From the NCBI GenBank assembly GCA_002633005.1, contig NMRA01000298.1, positions 1 to 64,000 on the forward strand: 64,000 bases of DNA. Direction: 5' to 3'. A program made the position numbers and the translations under genes. The notes under the pieces were generated by a model. That model worked only from the letters and a program-made list of their open reading frames with translations, made no database searches and had not been told where the DNA came from. The stretch comes from Phoronis australis (taxonomy: Eukaryota; Animalia; Phoronida). The stretch's first letter is position 1, and every line of letters begins with the position of its first letter. Positions 1 to 11,415 of this stretch are shown here, piece by piece.

Positions 1-9
1 GTTTTTCAG

Positions 10-166
10 ACTCGAGCTATCGGAGATGGCTGATGTTCCGTGTTCATTTTCTGTACAATCAGTCTCAAAGAAGAAAAATGCTGCTGTTCCACCATTTGTA
101 CCCAACCCTTCTACATTACGTCATGTCTTGACGTTCTGCTTTGACATCAGAGCAGTTCCCAAAAAG
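10..166 (+). CDS. MTRR: Methionine synthase reductase, internal exon (FAD-binding/connecting domain)
   Basis: Acceptor tttttcag|, donor AAG|gtac. Translates LELSEMADVPCSFSVQSVSKKKNAAVPPFVPNPSTLRHVLTFCFDIRAVPKK, matching the MTRR pattern ...FTWCLEIRAIPKK. Confidence 0.85.
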
Positions 167-762
167 GTACATTGATTACAATTTTCAAACCCAAAAATAC
201 ATTAATTTGCTGTTTCAATGTTCTTGAATGAATCTCCTCTAACTGCAGTGATCTTTAACTTGCTCGTCTTCATTGGTCATGTCTCAAGTTGCTGTTAATC
301 TGTTGATTAACACTAGCTATGATAACTGGTCTCTGTTCCTCATTCAAGTGAATGTCAAGTAATTTGTTGACCCATCCAATATAGGGTGAGAGCATGCTGG
401 GTGCATAAAACGACCGTCGTGATTGGCCAACTCAACGAATCTCTTCTCAAGCAATAGCAAACTGCTTGTTTGTTGAAAGGTCAGAAAGCAATTCTCACCT
501 CACAAAGGAAACACAGGAGACCAGTTTAACTTCATACACAAATATGTTCATCAAAAGTTTCTTTTTTGATGAAAGGTGGAGCTTCGAGCACTACCAAATA
601 ACTTCTTTCAATATGAATTTGGTTATTTTATTCACGCTATATGCACTTGTTTACAGGGGTCGTGAACGAGCTCTATTTTGTTTTCATTTTACATAGTTTG
701 TGATTGTCCAGTAACTGTTGTCTTTGGTAACTGAACTATAATTCTTTCACTGTCTGTTGCAG

Positions 763-943
763 TCTTTCCTTCGCCTACTGTCAGAGTACACATTGGATGC
801 TCAGGAGAGGCGGCGTTTGCAAGAGTTGTCCAGTCGGCAAGGTGCTGACGACTTCACTCATACCATACGAGAGGCCTCCCTGTCTGTCGTCGGACTCCTG
901 GCAGCTTTCCCGTCGTGCAAACCTCCTGTAGAGCGCATATTAG
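763..943 (+). CDS. MTRR: MTRR internal exon, ending at a GC donor
   Basis: Acceptor tgttgcag|. Translates SFLRLLSEYTLDAQERRRLQELSSRQGADDFTHTIREASLSVVGLLAAFPSCKPPVERIL (cf. MTRR AFLRAL...RRLQELCSKQGA...LLAFPSCQPP). Phase-1 donor G|gcaagt. Confidence 0.9.
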
Positions 944-1345
944 GCAAGTTTGAAAGAACAACGACAACACCTGTCACTTAAACAAATCAGCATCAGTCCT
1001 GTAGCATGAGGCAACGCTTGATCAAATCCTTTTTTCATCGTCTTATGATAACGCATGTTCCATTTTGCCTTTCAGCTTGGTGTTGTACTTGTGACTGACT
1101 GGCAACTCAAGGCATACATTGGCACTGTTTCACATACATTTCATAAAACGTTGTCGTCTTGCACCTTGTTACAGTTGTAACAACTTGTCAGAAAGCTTAG
1201 TATAATTAACCAATGCTTCACTTTTTAAAGTCAAAGATGTCCAGTTTCTAGTCATTACAGTGCATGAATTCATTCACCTCTTGCTTGTTAGTAGGTGTAA
1301 GTATGTAGATTTCAAAAAAGTACAATTTCATTTGTTGTTTTCTAG

Positions 1346-1388
1346 AAAACCTTCCACGCTTGTTACCAAGGCCGTACTCCGCAGCCAG
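1346..1388 (+). CDS. MTRR: MTRR 43-nt exon with the FAD-binding RxYS motif
   Basis: ttttctag|...AG|gtgagt. Translates (E)NLPRLLPRPYSAA(S); phase 1 in, phase 2 out, matching both neighbours. Confidence 0.9.
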
Positions 1389-1859
1389 GTGAGTTATGGG
1401 GAGTTGGATTGATGTCTGATATGAAGGGAGGATGCTAGAGAAGTGAATTTGACCTTCGACTGGAAAAGTGTTCCTTTTTATGGCTTATTACAATAATTGA
1501 ATGAGAAAACGATAAATTGAAAGGCTGATTAATTTATGTAAACTTTTGCTTCTTGTTGATTCTTTATGAATGCAAATTGTAGAGATTTAAAAGGAATTTA
1601 TGATTAAGAAGGATTATTTTGTTCATAAGCTTGTCTAAATCATATCAATGCTGGACTTGTTCCAACATTGTCTTCAACTCACTGAATTACATTATTCGTT
1701 TAATGTTTTTATGCGCCCTCATATTTATATGTGCGCATTTTGCTGTCATCTCTGTTGCGTCTGGCGTACATGGTCGTATGTCCTAAATCACGTGCTGGAT
1801 TATAATGACGTTTGGGAGATGTGTTCCTATGAAGCTTGTGAGAGGTGCCAATAAGTTTC

Positions 1860-3262
1860 GAATTGATTCATTTACCACAGACTTTGTCCCCTAGTGTGAA
1901 TGTAAGGTTTTTACATTTGCCTCTGTATTTTTTGTCAATGAGATCCTTGATGGATTTTCATGAAATTTAACAAATAGTTTTCGAGGCAATGACACCTTCC
2001 TGTCTCTGACGGATTTGACATATTCTGTGCCACCTTGTGACACTGATTTAAAGATGGGTTTGACTACTGTGGCGACCCCTAGTGGCAATTTTATTTCTTC
2101 CAAGTTCCTTGATGGATTTTTGTGAAATTTAGCAAAAGGGTTTCTATTGAAGAGAAAATAATGTCTTCATGCTTTTAGAAGGATTTGACATATTCTACAC
2201 CACCTGGTGGCAAATTAAAACTTTTAGAGCTTTGACATCATTTTTGCATCCATAGCTGTATCTCTTTAACTCTTTAGAGTATCTTTGTGAAATGTGGCAG
2301 ATATGATCCTATGGAAATAACATATGCAGACAAGTTCCTGACCAATTCGACTACAGGTGTGCCCCCTATATTTTTCATTTGCCTCTGTATATTTGGTGTT
2401 CATGGATGAATTTTTTTGAAATTTGGCTAATAAGTTTTAATAAGGGGACAACTATGCCTTTCCATTTACGGACAGATTCAGCGTATTTTGCACCACCTTG
2501 AGGCCATTTTTATGATTTTGAGTTTATTTCATTTTAGCGTCTGCCTCTTTATCTACAAAACTTCTCAAAGGATCATTAGGAATTGTAGCAGTTGTCCTGG
2601 TGGCTGGCATTGATTTTTGGATGGATGTGAAAACTGTCACCACCCTCTTTATCAGAATTCCTTAGTGTTTTGCCTTGAACTTTGCCAAATAATTTTCTGT
2701 TGTTAAGATGATATATGTAGCATCTTTCCAATTTGTGATGGATTTGACAAATTCTGCGCCACCTAATGGTCATGTCAATTATTTTTGAGTCTTCTTTTTT
2801 GCTGTCTGCTTGATCTGTATTGACCAAATTGGTCAGAGAATCTTTATGTAAATTGGCAGATGCGTTGCTACAGACATGAGCATGACTGGCTTGGATTTTC
2901 AGATGGATCCAGATACTGTGGTGACATTTTCACATCTGTGACAGTATCTACTAAACCTTGCGAGATTACAGTTTGTCAACTCTATTGCTATTCCTATTAA
3001 CTTGACAACTGATGGATAGATTCGACTACCGCCTTGCCTCTAATGGCAGTTTGTTTTTATAACGTCTGCCTGTGTATCTTTAGTTTCCTTGGGGAAAGTT
3101 GACTAGTAGTCTAGAAAAACGTCAAAGCTTTCTCAAATTGAGACAGGTTTGACTTTAAGTTATTTTGCACCATCTAGTGGCCATTTTTATGATACTAAAA
3201 ACACCATTAGAAGCGTACTGTTTGCAGTTGTGGCATTTCAACACTCTTCATTGCTCTTGTTT
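1860..3262 (+). mobile_element. Intronic repeat with degenerate internal tandem units, probably a Helentron-associated non-autonomous element; related copy at 50440-51875
   Basis: Recurring ccacc(t)agtggc(a/c)attt and gaaatt(t)ggca motifs. The 3' box (accattagaagc...ttgctcttgtt) resembles the end of the 51.8 kb copy. Boundaries approximate. Confidence 0.55.
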
Positions 3263-3338
3263 TCTTATTTTGTGTGAAACATTTTGCACATCTGACTTTA
3301 ATCGAATTGCTCATGATTGCCAAATAATGCCACTGAAG

Positions 3339-3526
3339 GATTGACTGACTGAGCATTCAATAGGTGGCGCTGATCAAGGTAAAGTGATTGACTGACTCAG
3401 TATTTAATAGGTGGTGCTGATTAAGGTAAAGTGATTGACTGACTCAGTATTCAATAGGTGGTGCTGATCAAGGTAAAATGATTGACTGACTCAGTATTAA
3501 ATAGGTGGCGCTGATCAAGGTAAAGT
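3339..3526 (+). repeat. Minisatellite, 47 bp x 4
   Basis: Unit gattgactgactcagtattcaataggtggcgctgatcaaggtaaagt starts at 3339, 3386, 3433 and 3480. Confidence 0.95.
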
Positions 3527-3682
3527 GCTCTTTTTGTAATCTGATAGGGTGCGGAAAGTTGTTCACAGACATTGTTGTGTCTGTGGGATAATGTTTGCAT
3601 GTGCAATGGCGACCATTGTTTCACTAGTGCCACCTAGAGAGCTCCTCAGTAGGCTTGTATCAATCATGCTGTTCACTTTCAG

Positions 3683-3821
3683 TTCTCCACTGGTCAGCCC
3701 CGGTGTGTTCAAGTTCCTATTCAATGTTGTCCACCTGCCCAGTGACACCCGTGGTCACAGGAAGGGTCTCTGTACAGGCTGGCTGGAGCGCATGGTTGAC
3801 GAAAATGCTCTACCTATGCAG
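3683..3821 (+). CDS. MTRR: MTRR internal exon (GxCTGWL motif)
   Basis: cactttcag|...CAG|gtgtgt. Translates SPLVSPGVFKFLFNVVHLPSDTRGHRKGLCTGWLERMVDENALPMQ. Confidence 0.9.
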
Positions 3822-4095
3822 GTGTGTTCTTATTTTGCTTCAATTTTGTATTCTCTGGTAAGCTTGTTAATTATATATTGTTCCATGCTAACTGAAAATT
3901 TTAATTCACTGTTAAACGTTCTCCTGAGGACCATCCTGATAAAAAGCTACACTACAGTAATTATTGTTCTTGACATATTAGTACTTTTAGTTATCAGTTT
4001 CATGGCTTCTTATCGTTGTTGATGTTTTGAGTTTTGTTTCTGTTGTTCATCCGCTACACTTGCGCTCTTAGACATGATGCAAATCGTCGTTACAG

Positions 4096-4214
4096 GTTCC
4101 AGTTTTTAGTCGCAGCCATCAGTCATTTCATCTCCCCGACAACCCGGCCACACCCATCATTATGATTGGTCCTGGCACTGGATTGGCCCCTTTCATTGGC
4201 TTTCTGCAGGAAAG
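4096..4214 (+). CDS. MTRR: MTRR internal exon (start of NADPH-binding domain)
   Basis: ttacag|...AG|gttagt. Translates [39 protein letters not shown], the diflavin-reductase GPGTGxAPF motif. Confidence 0.92.
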
Positions 4215-4690
4215 GTTAGTTCTGCTACTTGGTTAATTTTGAATTGATAAACAATGCTGTGTCCATTAAAAGAGCGTGCAATTCACTGGGCTTTGAATTT
4301 GCCTTTTACATAAGGATTTCTTCATTTTTTTTTTTCGGTTTCGGTTTTCTCTTATTTGATTTACAATTTCCTGTTTTTGCACCTCTTTTTATCATTCTTT
4401 TGATTTTTTGCATGCAAATACATTTGTTTCAGTTAAATTTTTTTTTAAACACAGAAAATGTTTATCACACAAGCCCATTTATTTGTGAAGCGATACATCA
4501 CATGGAAAACTGATTTATCACTCTCAATTTTCTCTGTTAAAATTGCTGTTTACAATTGGAGTTAGCTGGTAATTTAAGCTTGAAGATAAGTGTACAGACT
4601 GGAAGCTGACTTAGTTGAGGTTTACACTCTGGGAGGTCTATCTAATCATTAAATCAAATGTCATGATTATAATCAAATTTATTACATGTA

Positions 4691-5735
4691 CAGCACACAT
4701 CACGAATTTTTGGCCGACCGGTCGGAAATTGGTCGACGACCGGCCGTCGACCGGTCGGCAAATTAGCCGACCGGTCAGCTAAAAATTAGCCGACCGGCAG
4801 CCGCCCGCAGTGCCGACTCATAAGGCGACCCCACAGCCGACCCTTTAGCCGACCGGCCATCAGACGACCAGCTGGTCGGCTGCTATTGTTAGGCTAGAGT
4901 AGCCGTTGCAGCCGACCGGCCATCAGACGACCAGCTGGTCGGCTGCTATTGTTAGGCCAGAGTAGCAGTTGCGTAATAGGTTGTCAGGCTCATACCACTT
5001 TGCGTGTCGATGCATGTTCGTCTTAGCACAGGGTCAAATAAATTAACCTAGTTTTGCTGTCTCAGTTACATGAGTTCACGTCGGTTGTGTAACACCACTA
5101 CTTCGAAGGTTGAAGGCAAGCGGCATTAGTAAACATTGGATTATGGACAATGCAACAAGTTTTGGATGAAAAACGTGAACGTTTTCTTTACATTTGATCT
5201 TTAATTTCACTCCTGACGTTAACAAATTGTATTAGATCGGTTGCTTCCCGGTCAATACAACGCTGTATAGTCATTTTGTAAACGCGGCTGTTTTTCGCAG
5301 TCTTCGCCCACAATTGATTTTGTTTGTGTAACGCCAAACTGCATCGTTTTTGCGTGTTTTAAGTTATTCACCGGTCTCCTATCACGCGCCCATGATGAAG
5401 GATTAGTGAGTGAGTTGTTACACCGCGAAGAGTTCTCACAACTGGCATTTTATTTTCATAGTATTGACCCGGCGAAATTCACGGTCGAGTATGCCCTAAA
5501 CCCATGGACTTCTACGGCTCTAACTTCGAAATCATACTATGGTTACGATTTCCACGAACTATGGCGGTGACATCAAACAAGGAATGACCACTGTTGAGGC
5601 TACAGCCAATTGTAGCTTTGCGCATTCTGTTTTCATGTGTCGGTGACGCTAAAATCTGGGCTAGTTACATGTACACGTAGGCCCCTATCAGTTGGTCGTT
5701 CACGTTGTTCCAAAAATAAACACTTTCTGTCAACA
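4691..5735 (+). mobile_element. ~1 kb interspersed element with GCCGACC-rich subterminal repeats (copy 1)
   Basis: Colinear with 44827-46045 from the first base (ta|cagcacacatc). Contains a ~63-bp internal tandem duplication at ~4848/4911. Confidence 0.8.
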
Positions 5736-5739
5736 TGGA

Positions 5740-5995
5740 ATTAGTTTTGTGTGGTACCTCGAATGTATGTGCTAGCTCATTTTTGGGGGGTCCCTTTTTG
5801 GTTTCTGCCGGACACATTCCAGAGTGCAATTTGTCTGTCATGGGTCATTCAGTGTTCAGTGCGGTACTATTATTCGTTTAAAATCAGTTTTGGTTGGTAC
5901 CTCGAATATCTAGTCTAGCTCATTTTTTGGGCTGTTTGTAAGGCCCCCAGGGTCACACCCAGAGTGCAGACAACGGCAGACGTCCATTTCTGTAT
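5740..5995 (+). repeat. Interspersed repeat; inverted copy at ~30575-30825
   Basis: ttttggtttctgccggacacattccagagtgcaatttgtctgtcatgggtcattc matches the reverse complement of ~30720-30775. Confidence 0.7.
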
Positions 5996-6076
5996 ATACT
6001 GAGGTGGACTTTAAATGCTCCCGTGGTCAGATGTTGGTACCTCGTTCATCTATGCTAAGTGCTCTGGGCTGCCGGT

Positions 6077-6240
6077 CTATAACCCACGTGGCATCAAGAA
6101 TACTTTGTGGTTTTTGCACGCGGTGAATAAGATATTGGCGACCAAAAGAGTGGACTTAGTATCGTTCGCCAAAGTCATCTTAAATTCCCGTAGACAAGAT
6201 GCATCACAGATATTTATATAGATGTAGCCAGAAGGGATCG
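6077..6240 (-). CDS. Candidate terminal exon of the CTHRC1-domain gene (divergent)
   Basis: Acceptor ctttctttcttcag|, phase-1 compatible with exon 7603-7804. IPSGYIYINICDASCLR aligns in register with LPAGSCNIRLYVQTCPR of the 39455 exon, but GxC and AYTGW are missing. Confidence 0.35.
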
Positions 6241-7602
6241 CTGAAGAAAGAAAGCGCATTTTAAGTGATAATGTTAAGTGTAAGATGTACTTTGGCGAGG
6301 TGAAAACCACTAATTAGGTGACAGGATTTGGGTTATTTCCTGTTCAAAACACAAGCACTTGAGTTTATCTGTTTTTCCAGCACCACTAACGCCAGACTCT
6401 ACGGTACCAATAATATATAAAAGTTGGATACTAATATAAATTGGTTCCTTCACAATTTGCTACTCAAATGTGCATGGAACTCTACGAAATCAACATCGAA
6501 CACACCTTTGGATACCTCCTTTCCCCTGATCACATCAAATTGCCTTCGAGTGGTGATTAAAAAACAGAAATGTAAAAAACACCAAAATCGCAATTTCAAG
6601 GAAGCAATCTTGTTACGTTCGTGGCAGACGACCATCGTGTACATATCAATTTTTCACAGACGATCCCGAAGCAGTTCCGAAGTTCTGTTTTCCCACGACC
6701 ATAAATGCTGAGTGCCCTCCACACGACTAAGCATCAATTTGAAATATGAAAGTAATTTAAACTCTGGTTTTGTAAAATAAGGTTGTTTATTACCGAAGAA
6801 TCATGGGTAGGTGGCTACACTGTACTTACGTAGGCCTACTGTGAAACCTGGCAGTCGCCGAAAGGTGATTTCTCGTGACTAAACGTGCGATCAGACCTCG
6901 GAAATCTCCGCCCAAAAACCGAGTATTTGTTGTATTTCAGCCAAGAGAAGCACATCCATTGGGGAAATTCGTCAGCTTGTGGTTTAAAATACACTGAGGA
7001 TATTAGTAAAGAAACCGATGGGGCGTATTGTATCCCATGTCCAGCTATCCGAGATGCTACGGTTGCCTATTTCTTTGGGCACGTTGCTGACAAAATTGCA
7101 GCAAGTGAGTTTTGACGGATTTGCTTGTAGCACTATTTGTTACAAATTATCTATGGAATGTAGTTGATGATTCATACAAGCACTGGGTTTTTTTCGAACG
7201 CGACACGTGCAATCTCATTGCAATGTGAAGCATCGCTAAGTGTTATTGGCATTGATGCCGGACTTTTTATTTTGATGACAGATGAAAACTTAATGAGTAA
7301 GATGGATTGTCAGTTCTTTAGATGCTCTCATGGTAGACGCGGATTTTGTGTCCAATGTGCAGTTTTATGTGTAATCATCTCATGCAATTGTCTTCTTTGG
7401 GAAGACTTCGGGGTCTGCTATCAAAGCGACATTGAATGCTTTGCAATGGAAGGGAAATTTATATTAATCATTTTTCAACTCTTTCTTAATTGCAGAACGC
7501 CCGATTTAAGCTACTGTACATTCGGGAGGACTCCTGAGGCCCTCGTCTAGACGTATGGGCGTCACGACGACTGTTCAACACAAAATATTACAGTCCACTT
7601 AC

Positions 7603-7804
7603 TTCCTCCGGTTCCATCATGGGTGTTGTCAACAACTACGGTGTTCCAGTGGGCGTAAATACCATTTATGGCGCCAGGGCTAGTGCAATCAAGGCCATCA
7701 AAGCGAATATCGTAGAGCAGTGCGCCATACCCGTACAAGCGAATGTTGGATTGAAACAGAACGCGAATGGCAGTGTCGGTTGCTCTCTTAAAATAGTAGA
7801 ACGT
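7603..7804 (-). CDS. CTHRC1-like C-terminal domain, repeat 2, core exon
   Basis: tattccag|...A|gtaagt. Translates TFYYFKRATDTAIRVLFQSNIRLYGYGALLYDIRFDGLDCTSPGAINGIYAHWNTVVVDNTHDGTGG (cf. CTHRC1 [20 protein letters not shown]...FNGAECSGPLPIEAIIY). Absent from the ORF track. Confidence 0.8.
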
Positions 7805-10156
7805 CTGGAATATAGCGGGAGAATGTGTGAGGCAAGAAACGGAACAGGGTCACGGTAACCCCAAATTCTTAGCCAAGTTTTGGCTCCTTGAAAAATTTGG
7901 TGGACGAATTCACTAATGTGACAAACATTTCAATACAAATGGCAGTTCTACCAAAGTATAAAAATAGTAATGCAGTTTCACGGCTTGATTAAATACGCTT
8001 TAAAGCCCACCGTTTCGACTGCAAGAATAATTGCAGGCTGTGAGCTAAGCTGACAATCACTCGACTACATTCGAACCTTAAGATGTATGTTGCTTATGCT
8101 TGCTGTGGTTCGTGTGTTTAATCCATCAATGTTGTATTGGACCATTGGTACAGTATACCTTTATAACCGTGCTATTCTAAATAACTTTGTAAATAAACGC
8201 TAAGCAGGTTTCAATCTGGTGTGCGTGACATCCACTTTCGACTGGTGACCTATATGTACATGTACAGCAAGAACTCGGCCAGCCGGCCTAACCGAGTAAA
8301 ACTTCGCGCAAAATTGAACTTTATCAAGAAGTGCAAATTTTATCATGTTTTGGCACGGTTGTCCAGGATCGATATATTGAAGAGTGCACAGGTCTCTGAA
8401 ACACATATCTCTGTTGATTGAGAAAATTTGATCATGAAAAAATTTACGCCGACTGAAAGGGCTACCTTGGTGAATTTTAAACAAGCAAAAATAGCATCAA
8501 AGCACATTACCGTTTGTAGTTTGGTTGAAATGACATATTATCCTAGCTATTTGATTTCTATAGTTCGATAGTTTCAGAATAAATCTCTTAAGAAGCAAAA
8601 TCCTTGGTAACGTTTTTGAGCCAATCTCTCCTATAGCACTTGTCTAGAACCTAGAGCACCTCTTTGTCAATGGAAGGAAGACAGCAAAGCAATTTACAGG
8701 AATACCAAAAATGTTACCCACTTTCTTGGTTTTAAAATAATTACTTTGATAAACCTAATCTTGTAAAATACCTGGGGAGGAAGATAATGACTCCTACTTT
8801 AGAGTGAAATGTCTGAAATGGATGATCTGAAGTTGAAGTGGCGTTAGTGACACAAGGATTGCGAGATATTCATGCGACCCTCGTTGCACTAACGCCAACA
8901 TGATGGTGATGAACCCCCATCGGCTCTTAATCTATTCACATGTGTTAACATCAACCAAGTGAATATCGAGTTGGAGAAATGTACAACACGATACATTCAG
9001 TAGGTGGTGTTCACAAAGAATAATGTCTCTGTTTAATATCGCAATAAATCGAGCGCAATTCTACTAGCAGGACCTTGTTAAACTATAGCCATCAAGCGAA
9101 GTTTGATGAGCAACCTATACACAAGCCTACGGTGTCATCAACCAACTTGAATGTGTAACTTGGCAGAGTAATCAGACCGATCCACGTGCGTTCCCCAAAT
9201 GAATGGACAGGCGACTAAAAAGTGTTCAAGCGTAATGTTCTCGAAATATACATGTATGGACTAGATTGCTTAAGGGCTGCTATTACATGTATGTAATTTC
9301 GAATATGCCATAAATGGAATAAGCACAAGCTCATTTTTATTCCTGAGAATCACCTGTGGACGGTTTTGGAGTAAATTTAAAATGTCAAGGATTTTTGTAT
9401 TAAATACTTTGCAAGGCCAACCATGTATTAATATTGTCGACAACAGGGCCAGTATTTATACTGTTCGTTAGCCCTCGGTAAAAATCACCATATTAAAGCA
9501 AAGTTACAACTGCAAAATGTTGCTATCGCCGATCACCCGGCATCGGGTGGCTAGCGAAGCTAAGGTCTGAAGGATAAAAAGTACTTGTCCAAACATCCCC
9601 ATAATTCACCTACTGTACTTTAGATATTTTTAGTGCTGTTACCGCCGTTTACTTGCTACACTGTGTTTCAAGAGCATGCCCACACCCAACCAGTAACACG
9701 GGATGCTTGAATTTCCGACGATGTGGACCTTTTACCAACAAAAAATGCGGGAGGACTAAAAACGGGATACCAGGTTCGGAGCTGTGAATTGTGCGTTTAT
9801 TCCTTTTAGTGGACTTTTGTCTCGTTATGTCGGACTTTTTGTTTCTCTGAGGCGGACCTTGTTGCCCGTTTCGAGCTCCTCGAGCCACCCCTGGATGCGC
9901 GCATTAAGAGAGATATTCATTTCATTTTTCAGGTCCTTTAGAGCGCAATCCATAAACTTGTTTGTTCTAACCATTTTTACACCAAATTAGTGCGCACCCA
10001 CTGCGTATGCACAACTCGAAACCTTGGACTCGTGTGTTGAAAAGGTTAGCTGCTAGATAAGTCGTCTGTTGACGTATTTGGACTGCTTTGCGTGAGCAGT
10101 CCCACACTTGAGACAGGCAGCTCAAGTGGCTGCTCTCCATTTCCGGTGTTCCTTAC

Positions 10157-10239
10157 GTAAAGAAGACCTTGGTCCGTATCGCTCTCACTAGTCCACGTGT
10201 ATTGCTTGATATTGAATCTGGATAGTTTCGGACAGGTTC
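10157..10239 (-). CDS. CTHRC1-like repeat 2, lead-in exon
   Basis: cacttcag|...TAC|gtaagg. Translates (G)TCPKLSRFNIKQYTWTSESDTDQGLLY (cf. CTHRC1 NxKQCSWSSLNYGIDLGKI). Phase 1 in, phase 0 out. Confidence 0.8.
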
Positions 10240-11247
10240 CTGAAGTGAAAAAATCACACACGTCATTTGCTGAAGAATTAACTGTCTTTCCACGAGCATC
10301 AAAAGGTCGACTCTAGTGTCACCGACTCAGATCTTGAAAAAAAAATGCGTGTACATATATCCTGATGGGAAATGTTTTCAACGTGTTTATTTGAATTTTT
10401 GGGCTATTATTTTTGAGTTCGAGCATCGTGATTGTTTAGGACTAAAATATCCCATTTTCTTTTAAAAGGACTCTGTTTGCGAATTTGTTTTAGAACGGGT
10501 TAAACGAATGGAAAAGAAAAAAAATCTTTATTAGGTTTAGCTAGATATTACTCCTCTCTATCCGTTAACCTTTACTGGAGTGCCAGAACTCGACAAATCA
10601 TGATAAAAGCTCGCCTGGTCTCCAGTTACAGCAATACAGCTTTCAGAGTGCTGTTGTCTTTATAACCTAGAATGTAATCAAATCACCAACCCACTGTTAT
10701 CACTAGTAGTAGTAATAGTAACCATTGGAATTGGACACCCAGCTACAAGCCGTTCTAGTAACTGCCAGGATTACTATACTGTACATTCCATCAATTTATT
10801 TTAAGAAACATATGAAAACTTTTCCTTAGGAAATACAGAAAATATCCCAAAACAGGTTATGACATGAGATTGATTTTGCTACAATCAATATGATTTTACA
10901 AAATAACCAGTTGATGTGAAGGTGGTGTATAAATACGGACGTTGTAGTACTTGTCAATAAATACCCTGGTGTTTTACTTCAAACTTTTTAAATTAGTTTT
11001 ATTCATACACTGTTGAACTTGATATTATTTTGGTAAAAGTGAATAAAACATTTTGACTGCTGTATAGTATGCAACGAACTATTTTCTTGTGCAATGGCAT
11101 TTGTCTGTGTAAGTTGGTTAAGCAGACGTCACTATGTCACTCATATAAATTAATGCTATCATTAATGACATTTTATTACATTGTACAGTACAGAAAAACG
11201 TATCTAGACCATCAAAGTTATTGTAAAACTTTCCTCAGGTAAGTTAC

Positions 11248-11415
11248 CTGGACAATTTCCCCATCTCTGGTCGCTGTCATAATTAGAGGTGGTCGCACAC
11301 CACAGTTGATCGTGATCCGCTTCAATGCACGCACTGTACGACAGGCCTTTGTAAACAAACGGGAACGTGCACGATGAACCACCCGCATTACCGTCATAAG
11401 TTGGCATGTTGGTTT
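11248..11415 (-). CDS. Fibronectin type II domain exon (symmetric phase 1-1)
   Basis: tttccacag|...G|gtaact. Translates (E)TNMPTYDGNAGGSSCTFPFVYKGLSYSACIEADHDQLWCATTSNYDSDQRWGNCP, the canonical FN2 CxFPFxY...C...WCATTxNYDxDxxWGxC. Confidence 0.93.

Noticed and set aside
3339-3526. Regular repeats resembling a CRISPR array (also 29445-30140)
   Set aside because: Units are contiguous with no unique spacers, the context is eukaryotic and intronic, and there are no cas genes.
3549-4022. 157-aa ORF as a stand-alone membrane protein
   Set aside because: It is MTRR exon 3683-3821 plus read-through into intron sequence.
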